Below, piece after piece: positions 11,607 through 22,095 of a stretch of 64,000 nucleotides of DNA. Source of the stretch: Cystobasidiomycetes sp. EMM_F5 (Eukaryota); the NCBI GenBank assembly GCA_051047955.1, contig JBPGPT010000002.1:1054001-1118000 (forward strand), in the 5' to 3' direction. Made by a program: the position numbers and the translations under genes. Positions within the stretch are counted from its first letter, which is position 1. Each line of letters opens with the position of its first letter. Under the pieces are notes generated by a model. That model saw nothing but the letters and a program-made list of their open reading frames with translations, made no database searches and was not told the origin of the DNA.

Positions 11607-13553
11607 ATGGCGACCGTGCTCGACGCAGACTCGTCGGGCTGGCGGTTCGCCCAGTGCTTTGGCGACAAGGGAGAGGTGCGCCCAGCTGACCGGCCAGTAT
11701 GCCCAGTGAGGGCTGACGCTGATTTCTGCATACGAATGATGGTAATACTCTCTACTGGCCGCAATTCTCACTCGGCGCCCTCGATTTCTGCGCTTTCGTG
11801 TGTGGTCTCCGCCGTTCTCGACGACAAATGACGAACCGCCAACCTCGTCTGGGTAACACTCCACAAACGACAGGTCGAAGATGTGACCGAGGCAGACATC
11901 ATCTCGACCGTCGAGTTTGATCACACTGGAAATTATCTGGCTACAGGCGATAAAGGCGGTCGCGTAGTGCTCTTTGAGCGTCACGAGTCGAAAAAGCAGA
12001 CCTGCGAATACAAGTTCTACACCGAGTTTCAGTCACACGAGCCAGAGTTTGATTACCTCAAGTCGTTGGAAATTGAAGAAAAGATCAACAAGATTAGATG
12101 GTGTCGCAGACAGAACCAAGCCCATTTCCTCCTTTCAACCAACGGTGAGCAGATACCATTGAGCAATTAGCACACACCCTGATGCACGGACTCCAGACAA
12201 GACAATAAAGCTGTGGAAAGTATTCGAAAAGTCCTTGCGGGTTGTCGCTGAAAACAACCTCTCTGCCTCGTCGCTGTCGGGCGGTTCAATAAATACCGCG
12301 GACTTTCACCCCAATTCCTCTCCCTTGGCCCAGAATGGTCAGAGCGTAGTGTCGTCGCTGTTTGCCGACTCGCCTCAATCCCCAGCTTCGCAACAGACTC
12401 CCATCTTCCGTCTACCTCGCATGGCCTTTCATGATAATATTGTGGCGGCCGTCCCCAGGAAAGTGTACGCCAATGCGCATGCCTATCATATCAACTCCAT
12501 CAGCATCAACTCGGATGGCGAAACGTACATGTCGGCGGATGACCTGCGTATCAACCTGTGGAATTTGAACATAAGCGATCAAAGTTTCAGTAAGTCAAGC
12601 CTGACATTTACTCGCGTCTCTTCATTATGTGCAGTCTTGACCTTGGTGTTCGTGCGCAGACATTCTCGATATTAAACCAGTCAATATGGAGGAATTGACT
12701 GAAGTCATTACGGCTGCCGAATTCCACCCGACGTCCTGCAATCTGTTCTGCTATTCCAGCTCCAAGGGTACTGTCAAGCTGGCTGACATGCGAGATTCTG
12801 CGCTGTGCGACCGGCACGCCAAGCGTAAGTCCACGAAAACTTGTTATGATAGGCAACGTCACATAAAAGCTGATTGCGGAACGGAAATAGTCTACGAAGA
12901 GGAAGAAGATCCTTCCAACAAGTCCTTTTTCAGTGAAATCATCTCATCTGTCAGCGATGTTAAATTTTCGCGAGACGGCCGATACATTCTGTCTCGTGAT
13001 TACCTCACTCTGCGGATTTGGGATTTGGCAATGGACAGCAAACCGTTACGGACAATCAATGTGCATGATCACCTTCGGCCAAAGCTGTGCGATTTGTACG
13101 AGAACGATTGTATCTTTGACAAATTCGAATGCACCTGGTCGGGAGACGGCGAGTAGGTCATAACGTCTTCGAGCTCAGGGAATAGCGAGACTGAATACAC
13201 TTTATGTCTCTAGACATTTGCTATCAGGATCGTACAATAATAACTTTCATATTTACGACAGAGAGGGACAAACAGATGTCGTCCTTCAAGCCGACAAGTC
13301 AGCTTTCAAGGCAAAGAAGGTCGGAGCGCAAAAGAGCAAGGCTGGAGCAGCCGGCAAGAATCAAGGCAAAGGCGCGAATGGTGTACGGTCGCCAGTAGAC
13401 ATTGACAATATCGACTTTAACAAGAAGATTCTGCACGCGAGCTGGCACCCGAAAGAGGACACGATTGCCATTGCGGCGACAAACAATCTATTCCTCTTTG
13501 CCAAATCCTCACCTCAATCAAGCCAGAACTCCACTACGGGAAGCGGGCCATGA
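11607..13553 (+). CDS. CDC55: Protein phosphatase 2A regulatory subunit B55 (WD40)
   Basis: [70 protein letters not shown] and [11 protein letters not shown]. Confidence 0.97.
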
Positions 13554-13890
13554 TCAAGAAGCAAGTCGCAAGCCATCTATGATGAGTCTACAGTGCTCAG
13601 TCACTGTCTAGGTCGTCATTTGTCCGGAATACACCCTTCCCACATATCTTAGATGACATGATAAGCCATTGTGCATGTCAAACCTTGTCCCTCCTTCCTG
13701 CACTACCTTTTTTAGTCATCTGCCCAGACGGATGGGCCAAGAGCCGTCGGATGTAGACTAAGCACAATAATGTACCCGAGTCATAGTGAATTCGGGCGAT
13801 GCCTGAACACTTTCAATGCAAAAACAGCAGATTCACGAGGTTGGCATTGGCTTTGCGCACACGCTCCCACGTCAGCAGTGTTGTACAGCA

Positions 13891-14720
13891 CTACGTCGGC
13901 ATGGTGAAGACTATGTCTGATCTCAGCACCCATTTGACACCGCGGAGTACAGGTCTGCCTTCGTGGAGCAGGCACGAGTTTCCATGCCGGTGAAGTAACG
14001 CCATTCCTGCCTCGGGATCAACGACTACATCCTCTTGGCCTGCCCGGATCTTTCGTTGTCGAGCAGCAGCTTCACGCTCCGTAGCAGGCGGCGGGATTCC
14101 GCTAGGGTAGAAGGCGGTTTCTCCACCTGTGACTTCATCTCCCCCGCTGAGATAGATGAGGAGCGTCCACTCTGTATGGTTTGACCCTAACTTGACAGAT
14201 TCGTCGTAGTGATATGAGAAGTTCTGACCGGGCTCGTACCGATATATCTAAGGGTGTATATCAGTGTCCATTCTTTCACTTTCGCTTCCACGACTAGGAT
14301 ACCTACCCTGATGTTGGAGTTGAGACCAGAAGGCTTGGAGCCCGGTCGTTCACAAGACGCGAATGTAGACTCGATAGCGCCTTGGACTAGTTCGCGTAGA
14401 CCTGTCTCGGTCCACAAGGCGGCTGCGAGTGCAGCATCTTGAACTGAAAAGCGGGAGTTTGTCCGCTGAGCCTCGCCCCTTTTCGCTGGCGGACTTGGTG
14501 ATAACGCAATAGCATCCGAAGAGGACAGAAATGTTTTCCAAGCTGTGCGTATCTTGCTGGGAAAGAAGTTGCGGACAAGAACGATTTGTGACGAAAGGAT
14601 CTCTTCGAGCTCCAGAGGCAAGTGCCGTTGATCAGCACACGAAACCGACGGCCACGCGGGAGTGGATATTAGAGAACTCGATGCAAGAGCCGCAGCGATG
14701 GTCTTGACCTTGCGTGCCAT
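13891..14720 (-). CDS. 2OG-Fe(II) dioxygenase (prolyl-4-hydroxylase-like), 2 exons
   Basis: GLNSNIR|IYRYEPGQNFSYHYD...WTLLIYLSG...GGETAFY...LLHRHG...LLHEG...KWVLRSD gives the HxD...H facial triad. Start ATG is uncertain. Confidence 0.85.
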
Positions 14721-15017
14721 GGGCGGCGCTGGAGAGGCAGGGGCAGGTAACACACGCGCAGATAGGGCCTGTTCGGCGTTTCAGAATGCCAACTTTCATA
14801 CATATATGTTATTTGGACTCAGCCGACTTCATTGCCCAAGGCATTTTCACATTCGAACGCATTTCTCGCCTTTTACTAGAGGTGCCCGTGTGCATATGCT
14901 GCCTCAATGGGCTAGCCCAATGTTTCCCAACTCTCTCGAGTTCAATTCTGTTTTGCTGCCAGTTGTGGATTGCTTTTTGCCAATTTCGTCACTCAGCTGA
15001 CCGCTAATATATAAAGC

Positions 15018-16213
15018 ATGTCCACGCAAGCTAATGAAGAAGCTCTTCCTTCCACCTCTTCATCTTCCTCCGCTGCTGCGCTGACTTCCCGCGATGTGTC
15101 ACCTTTCGCAGGCCGAAACTTTGTCGTCACCGGTAATTCAGGTTTATACCATCCCTACTCGATCTCCAATTTCTGATACGCCTCTACAGGGTGTACCACC
15201 TTCGTTGGGAATGCTATATGTCAGCTGCTAGCCAAAGAAGGCGCTAGTCTAGCTCTAGCGACGCATGATAAAGCAGAGGGGCAGGAACTATGTAGAGACT
15301 TGCAAAGGCTGGGCCATACCGGATCTCTACTGCTGTCTGTCATGGAGCCAACAGATGCAGATCGCTTGAGCAACTTCATCCGGAGTGCGACGAAAACTTT
15401 GAAGCGCCTCGACGGATTGATCAATTGCGCTGTCCACAGCGGAGAGGTGAAAACAACGATTGCACAGAAGCCAGATCAGAGCTCAGTGATGTTTGCAGGA
15501 AGACATGCTGCATCAGACCAAATCTTCTATTGCTGCAACCATCATGAATGCGAATTATGACCTGACACAGCGAGCAATGCAAACCGCTATCAGTTTATTC
15601 GAAACCCAGAACGATAACAAGCTGCTACATCCACAGGGAGGGTACCCTATAGTGTGCGTGATGTGTCCGCAGCGCGCAATCTAAATTAACGTGCATATTC
15701 CCTTCAGCAATGTTGTTTCAAGCTGGGACGCCCAAGAGTATTGCAGCATCTATGAGGCGGGTGAGTCGGCAGATGTATTGGCTCTTGCCATTCATTGAGA
15801 AAATGCGTTGCAGCGCGACATGCTATTATAGGGCTATCGAGGTCAGCTGCATGCGAATATGCGACATCGGACATCCGGGTAATGACGATGTGACCGAATC
15901 GCGCGTCAAGCGTAGCTAATGCTCCCCGTGCAGGTCAATGTGGTCCTAGCGGGGCTCGTCGACGGGCAAGAACAGGTCCAAAGCCTAATCAACCAGATTT
16001 TTACTTCTATAAATGAAGTCAAGAGTCGTATACCAATGCGACGGAGTGCGCGACCCGAAGAAGTGGCACAAGCCGTCTTGTACCTGCTGGGCCCTTCAAG
16101 CAGTTATGTCACTGTATGCTACACCCTCTCGAAATAATCGACTGTGCTGATAATACTGTCTCTAGGGTGTTGTCCTTCCCGTCGACGGCGGTATCGGAGC
16201 CCGGCGGGGATGA
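15018..16213 (+). CDS. Atypical short-chain dehydrogenase/reductase
   Basis: FVVTGCTTFVGNAI...LAKEGA, LDGLINCA, YEAARHAIIGLSRS, IRVNVV, IPMRRSARPEEVA and YVTGVVLPVDGG. Fold motifs are present but the Gly-rich and YxxxK motifs are altered. Confidence 0.8.
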
Positions 16214-16222
16214 CCTCATGCC

Positions 16223-17414
16223 TTAGAGCTCAGCTTTCGGAGTGCTCTTGACGCTGGACGCCTGCTTGAGCCAGTGTGATATGTGGCCAATCTTCAATGG
16301 CCCGCTATAGATTTCGACCGACTCCTGACCCTTCCAGAGCAGCAACGTTGGAGTCTTCTTGATACCGAAAGCATCTTTGAGCGAGTCAAACTGTGGGTCA
16401 TCTTTGATGGTATAGAACTGAAAGCTGTCGTGCCATTCTGACGAGATGGCTTTGTACAATGTAGGCGTAGACGACTTCTCGGTAAACAGGAAGACCAGGG
16501 GCTTCTTTGGGACCTGCGTGTTACCGATAGCTCAGCAGCATTAACGAGATGCTATGAAACAGAGACTCACTCTCGAAACTAGTTTTTCGAGGTCGGCTTC
16601 GCTCTTGATGCGTTTACTGAATGTGGGCATTTCCCGTGTCGCATGTTGTACGAGAGCACTTGCAGTCCTCTCGCCCATGTAGTCTAGTGCGACAGCCTGG
16701 ACTCAGCTTGTACCCTGAGGAGAGATTCGCAGATACCGACCTTTAGCTATGCTCTTGTCAATCCCTCCAAATGTCTGCTCGACTATGATCAGTCAAAGGG
16801 AGGCTTGCACTGCCAGTATCCGCACCTTCAACGTGGGAAAGCCCTGAAAGCGCTGCGTTAGATCAATGCCCCGTGTGATGAATGCGTCCGCTTACTCGAA
16901 CTTCATATTCCGCGCATAGGCCTTTGTTACTATCCACATCGCAGTCGATTGCAACAAAATCGACAAGACCCTGCACGACATGTCAGTCTTTGTAGAAAAT
17001 GGTACGGGAAACGAATCCAGTACTGCCAGGTTCTTTGCTGCCTTTTCATACTCCGGCTGCCGGGCGTGATGTTAGCTAGCGGTCGCAGCCATAATACTAA
17101 TGCTGCTTACCGCTAATCGTTGACAATGTCCGCCTGTGGAATCGTTATCGCTTTGGTTAAATTGCTCGCGACGTTTGCCGGATAACAAGGGCAACCTACA
17201 CCATGGCGCGTAGAAAGCAGCCACTACAGCTTTCTGCGATACCAGGCTCAGTGTTTTCTGTCAGAGTCCGCCATTGCTGCTCACCTACATTACTGCCCAA
17301 GACCTCCTTCTTAAACGTGGAGCCTGTCAGCTGCTTTACGTGTTGCGACCCGAAAGTTCCGGCCTGCACGAAGGCTGCAAAGAGGAGCAGCAGGACAGAA
17401 GTTACGGAATGCAT
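16223..17414 (-). CDS. Protein disulfide isomerase-like thioredoxin protein (Mpd1/ERp5-like), ER-resident, 9 exons
   Basis: Signal peptide MHSVTSVLLLLFAAFVQA; FYAPWC|GHCQRLA|PEYEKAA; GFPTLK in an 18-nt exon; C-terminal KAEL (KDEL-like). Confidence 0.9.
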
Positions 17415-17522
17415 CGTTTTGGCAGCGTTTGTATGGATTTGCAACAGTTCGAAATGACGACCTGATCATCAAGGTCTGGCAACACCTCGTCTTCAAACCA
17501 AATTGCAAAGCTGCAGACACAA
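17415..17522. promoter_or_regulatory. Very short divergent intergenic region (putative bidirectional promoter) between the PDI-like and PAP2 genes
   Basis: Head-to-head ATGs at 17414 (-) and 17523 (+), 108 nt apart. Confidence 0.5.
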
Positions 17523-18601
17523 TATGAACGAGATCAATGACGGCGAGCCTCGAGCAAGAGGTCTGGGGATACGGATGCGGACTCCGGCTTGGTTTACGCC
17601 AGCGATTGCAACAGATTGGCTGGTTGCTGCGGTCCTGCTAGTAATAGATCGCACGTACATCGAGCCTGGGATACCCTTTCAACAGCCTCTAGAGCCATTC
17701 ATTGGTGACCCTACCGTCAGCTTCCTTCGGCATTCAAGGCCTGCAAGCTGTCGTTCTGCGCAATCACCGCTAACGAAGCAATCCAACAGCTTCAGTATCC
17801 CCATGTCACGGTTCAGCGCGTCTCACCTGTCACCAATATATGGACGACGTTAGCGATGCCTCTCGGAGTCGTCTTGCTGCTGTCGGGCATTCGCGGCAGC
17901 TTAAAAGAGGCTCACCACGGTGCCCTGGTTTTGTTGTCTGGATATGTATTGAACGATCTGGTCACAAGTGAGCATCAATGCCGTACAGAGTCTTCGAGTG
18001 ACGGTCCAGCTTAGCCTTCTCCTAGATTTCATCAAGCGCCGCGTTGGCAGATTGCGTCCAGATTTCTGGAGCCGATGTCAGTATGACGAAGTGATGCAGA
18101 TATGCACAGGCCTACAGCACGTAGTCACAGAAGGACGTCGGTCCTTCCCTTCAGGTCATTCTTCATCCGCATTCTTTGGCTGTGTTTTCTTGATGCTGTT
18201 CCTTGCTGGGAAGAACCGGTGTTTCGCTTTCAGCGCAACATTGCCTCGGGATGGCATTCTGCATTCGAGGCTGCTGCGCCTATCGATATCATTGTCTCCT
18301 CTCCTGCTCTGCACTTTCATAGCCATTTCAAGATGGGATGATCACTGGCATCATCCCACCGATAGTACGTTACAGACACGTTGGCAGACCATTTCCCGCA
18401 GAGAGTAACTCAACGATTTGTGAATCAGTCATCGCAGGGGCCATAATTGGGACTGTCATCGCCTTGGTTATGTATCACGTATGGTGGCCTTCGCCATTTA
18501 GCTGCCAAAACTTCGACACGATGGCAATGCCACTGGAGACTCATCGGACAGTGGATGTAGTGGAAGAGGAGTCAGCGTTGCTTGGCGAAGGTGAAGTGTA
18601 G
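17523..18601 (+). CDS. PAP2-family lipid phosphate phosphatase (Dpp1/Lpp1-like)
   Basis: The three PAP2 motifs KRRVGRLRPDF, SFPSGHSS and SRWDDHWHHPTD are present with TM helices. Confidence 0.92.
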
Positions 18602-18712
18602 TCGATTTGATAGCCGAAGTGCAAGCACACAGCATTGGGCAGGTTAGACGCAGTTTCGCATAACGTTTGTCGCAACAACAAGCTTCTCTATACATTTCTG
18701 CCATAGTCGTTG

Positions 18713-21700
18713 CTAATCATCGTTGGTCAGATCCATTTCTGCTTCGCCGTCGTCCGCCTCCGCCGTTGCCGCTATGCCATGGGCCTCTGCAGACGGAGGA
18801 GCATGCTTCATCTGGTTGCTGCTGTCGTCGTCCGCAGAACGTGCTGACTTTGAGGTAGCTGCCTTCATGCCATCGTCCGATCGTGACTGTGCCTTCATAT
18901 CTTGCTGTTGTGTGAAGTCTTGACCCATCATTCCAGCCATACCGTTCATACCATTCATGCTATTCGGCATGCCCATGGCAGAAGACTGCTGCATCATGGC
19001 CATACTGTTCATAATCCACGCAACCATGTCTGTATTGCTTGGCATTTGGCCTAACATTTGCTGACAGTGCACAGCGAAGCTAGCCCAAGATTCTGGCTGA
19101 AGTGCATTGAAGGTCATTGGGTTGAAAGGTTGAGCGTTCTGTATTAGATCCACAGAAGAGATATTGGTAGCCTCCTGTACTCCGCTCATATCCGCAGGCC
19201 CGCTGAAGCTGTCATTCAAGCCTGCGTTGCTTGGAGGCCGCTTTTGCTGATTTACAAGCTTGAGGTTGCCGTTTTGCATGCTGGAGCGGTTTTCACCAAA
19301 CAAAGGGCGATCATTACGGACTGGGCGGTCTCTTTGAGCATTGTCCTGCTCATCAGACATGAAGGATGCAATGCTTTGCAATGGTTGTAGTTCAGGTGCT
19401 GCCTGTTCTTTGATGTCTGGTCCATTGTCCCACCGAGACTTCCTCGTCTTGACCGAAGTCTCTTCTGATTTGGGCGGATCATAGGTATCCCTAGGTGGCG
19501 GCCCAGAAGTAGGCGCCGGAGGCTCTCGAATTGTATTTGGCATTGGATTGCCTTGAGAACCTGAATAATTCTGCTCGTATGGTCGGCGATGATCTTCGTA
19601 CGGCTTTCTGTCTCTATCGTCGAAGCGTCGCCGCTCATCCTGATGGTCGTTCGGTCCGTTGTGGTATGCGTTTCGGTCTCGTCGAGGCGGCGACGCACTG
19701 CGCCGCGACGCATCACGGTCATCCCATCTACGTCGCATAGGCTCGCCTCGTGGTGGACTGGGACGCCGACGCTCGGTGTAATCTTCGTAACGACCACCAT
19801 ACCCATCGCGGCGCTGTTCTTGATAACCGTGTCCTGGCGGTCCTGGCGGGTAAGGATGTGATGAAGTACTAGCATGAGGGTATGACTGATCTTGCTGAGG
19901 ATAATGGGATGATGGAGGGAATGAAGGGGGTCCAGTATTGAAAGAAGGGCTTGAACCTTCATTGCCAGTTTGAGTAGCAAGCTGTTGCAGCAATGCTAGC
20001 TGTGAAACGTCAAAACTTGTTTGTGAAGGCCTTTGACGATCAAAAGGTAGCGAGTCAGTAATACTTCATGAGCGGCGGCAAGAGTGTGACCCACGCAGGA
20101 TTGGGCATCGTGGCCTGAGGTGGCTGTTGGAATGCGAGAAGGGAGGCCAGCGAGTCAAGTGACGCAGACGGTACTCCGACACTGCTAGCACCTGCGACAT
20201 TGGCGTTGCTGTTGCTTGCTGATAATGCGGAGACGCTTGACACACGCGGTAAGGGCGGCAGAGGCGGAAACTGTATAGGGTGTACGGGCGGCGGGTATGG
20301 CGGCGTCGTGCTTCCGGTATTGCTTGTACTTGCTGCGTGTCCAGAGCGACCCGCCGTGCAACATTGTCACGGTCGATTCGGATCATCCATTTTATGGTGG
20401 CAATTGCAACGCCAGTGCAAGGTGATTTGATGCAAGATATGCAGACGAAGAAAGAAAGAAAAACGACGAGAATAGTTTCAGCTTTTTGCACATACAAAGC
20501 AAATTTAATTACGGCTAGGGTTTGCGATTCCGCCACGCTTTCGGCTGCTCCTGCTACTTCTGCCAGATCTGCTGATATCATGTTGTAAAACATCGACAGC
20601 TTCGACTGCTGGGCGAGCGTTGGGGAAGTTGAGCGCGGTATTGTGATGATATGGCAACATGTGCGCATACTCTTCGCCGAACCATCGTCCGACCATCGCT
20701 CTGCCAAACATGTCGCTAGCAACCAGGTGCACATGCTGAACAGCCACTGCAGCAAGTCCTGCTGTCTCTCAGACACCCATACTGATGTACGGGTACGATT
20801 GACAGACTGCCGGCAGTCTGCGCCTGCAGCGGTGCGTTGCATGGCATAGCTTGCGGCTCGACCGGCACAAGCTCGCAGTAGTAGCAGAAGCAGCAGAGAG
20901 CGTGTCGGAACGGTCACAAGGCCTAGTATATGACAAGATGAGCTAGAGGCTCTTATATACTGACATTGAGTAAATGGGTTGGCTTGGACATCCTTCCCCT
21001 TGACTTCGTTAGCGCTGGGTGTCGCGACCACCTGGCTCGTCAGCTTGGCTGCATCTGGTGCAGGCTGCCCCGATAGCCGGGCATACGGTCCTTTCAGAGC
21101 CTCCGCACTGAAGGTTGAAGTCTTTGTCCAGATGTCCAGCACTTTCCGGACCTTTTCCTAAACCAAATAATCAAGTCGTTAGCGGGAGACGGAGGGGTGG
21201 ACGAATGGGGAATGTGTGCGGAGCAGTCAGCAAGGAGCAGATGAGGCGCCGTGCAGGGAATGCACTACCTTGTGCTCTGTTGGCCCCTTGTTGACGTTTT
21301 CCGCTACGAAGCGATCCAGAAAGTTTTCAATCTTGGCTAGGAAGCTGGCATACGTGCCTTTACCCTTGCCGATGCGCCTCAACTCGGGCTCATCGTCTTC
21401 ATTATTTGGCGTAGAGTCGTCCCTCTGCTGCGGCTTGCTGTTCCCGGATTTGTCGCGTGCTCTCTTGATTTGCTGCTTGGCTTCCCTGGAGACGGCATCG
21501 ATAATGTAGAGCGAACTTAGCTTGTGCGAGCCTTTGGCCTGTTTGTGTACTTTGAACAGTGTCGCTACTAGATGGGCGTCGTTCTGCGAAACAAGACTGG
21601 TAATCAGTTTTCCCTGCGCCATTCCAGCCGGGCCAGTCTGCGCGAGGGCCCACGTCGATGTTTGCCATGGCAGCTTCGGTGATGCTCTTGACTCGGGAGC

Positions 21701-21829
21701 TCGACAGCTTGTTTGAAGTCACCACGTCCAGCACCTCGCGGTCAAAAGCCTGTGGTGCAAGCCAGCCGTCAGTGCGTTTGAGGGTGCCAATCTCGAATCA
21801 AAACCCTGGCCAACCTCGAGACTCGTCAT
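18713..21829 (-). CDS. RNA Pol II CTD-interacting-domain (CID) protein, Nrd1/Seb1-like; no RRM recognised; contains a 632-nt intron (20333-20964)
   Basis: N-terminal KLSSSRVKSITEAA...KLSSLYIIDAVSR...EKVRKVLDIWTK (CID), followed by Pro/Arg/Asp low-complexity sequence with RRWD/KSRWD and a Met/Gln-rich tail. Confidence 0.75.
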
Positions 21830-22095
21830 GACTGAGCGGGAAGCAGCCCTGTCGTCTGTCGTGGTATCGTCTGTTCGCTCGCAGTGCTTTAGGCTGAGTG
21901 CTTTAGCATCGCAATCATCTGAACGGCATCCTGAGGAGATGTGGAAGCTGGAGTCAAAAGTCGAAATGCGGACGATCGAAGACCTGCAAAACCCCGCAAC
22001 CCTCAAGTCATGTTTCATGTCATGTTTAATACAACGATCGCAGGTGATATGGCCATCCTGATCTCTCCAGACGTTTTCATTCCTTTCCCGGACGT

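Noticed and set aside
10997..11689. ORFs between the MATE gene and CDC55
   Set aside because: Non-ATG starts and no motifs; more likely the CDC55 promoter and 5' UTR.
11730..11860. Possible box C/D snoRNA in CDC55 intron 1 (ATGATGG, ATGACGA)
   Set aside because: The C boxes are imperfect and there is no terminal CTGA D box or closing stem; cannot be supported without a covariance search.
6937..16213. ADH, MATE, 2OG oxygenase and SDR as a secondary-metabolite cluster
   Set aside because: No backbone enzyme (PKS, NRPS or terpene synthase) and the group is interrupted by CDC55.
18690..18715. Leaky-stop context TAG CAA at the end of the CID gene
   Set aside because: The context is CAA CGA rather than CAR YYA, and the read-through peptide has no targeting signal.
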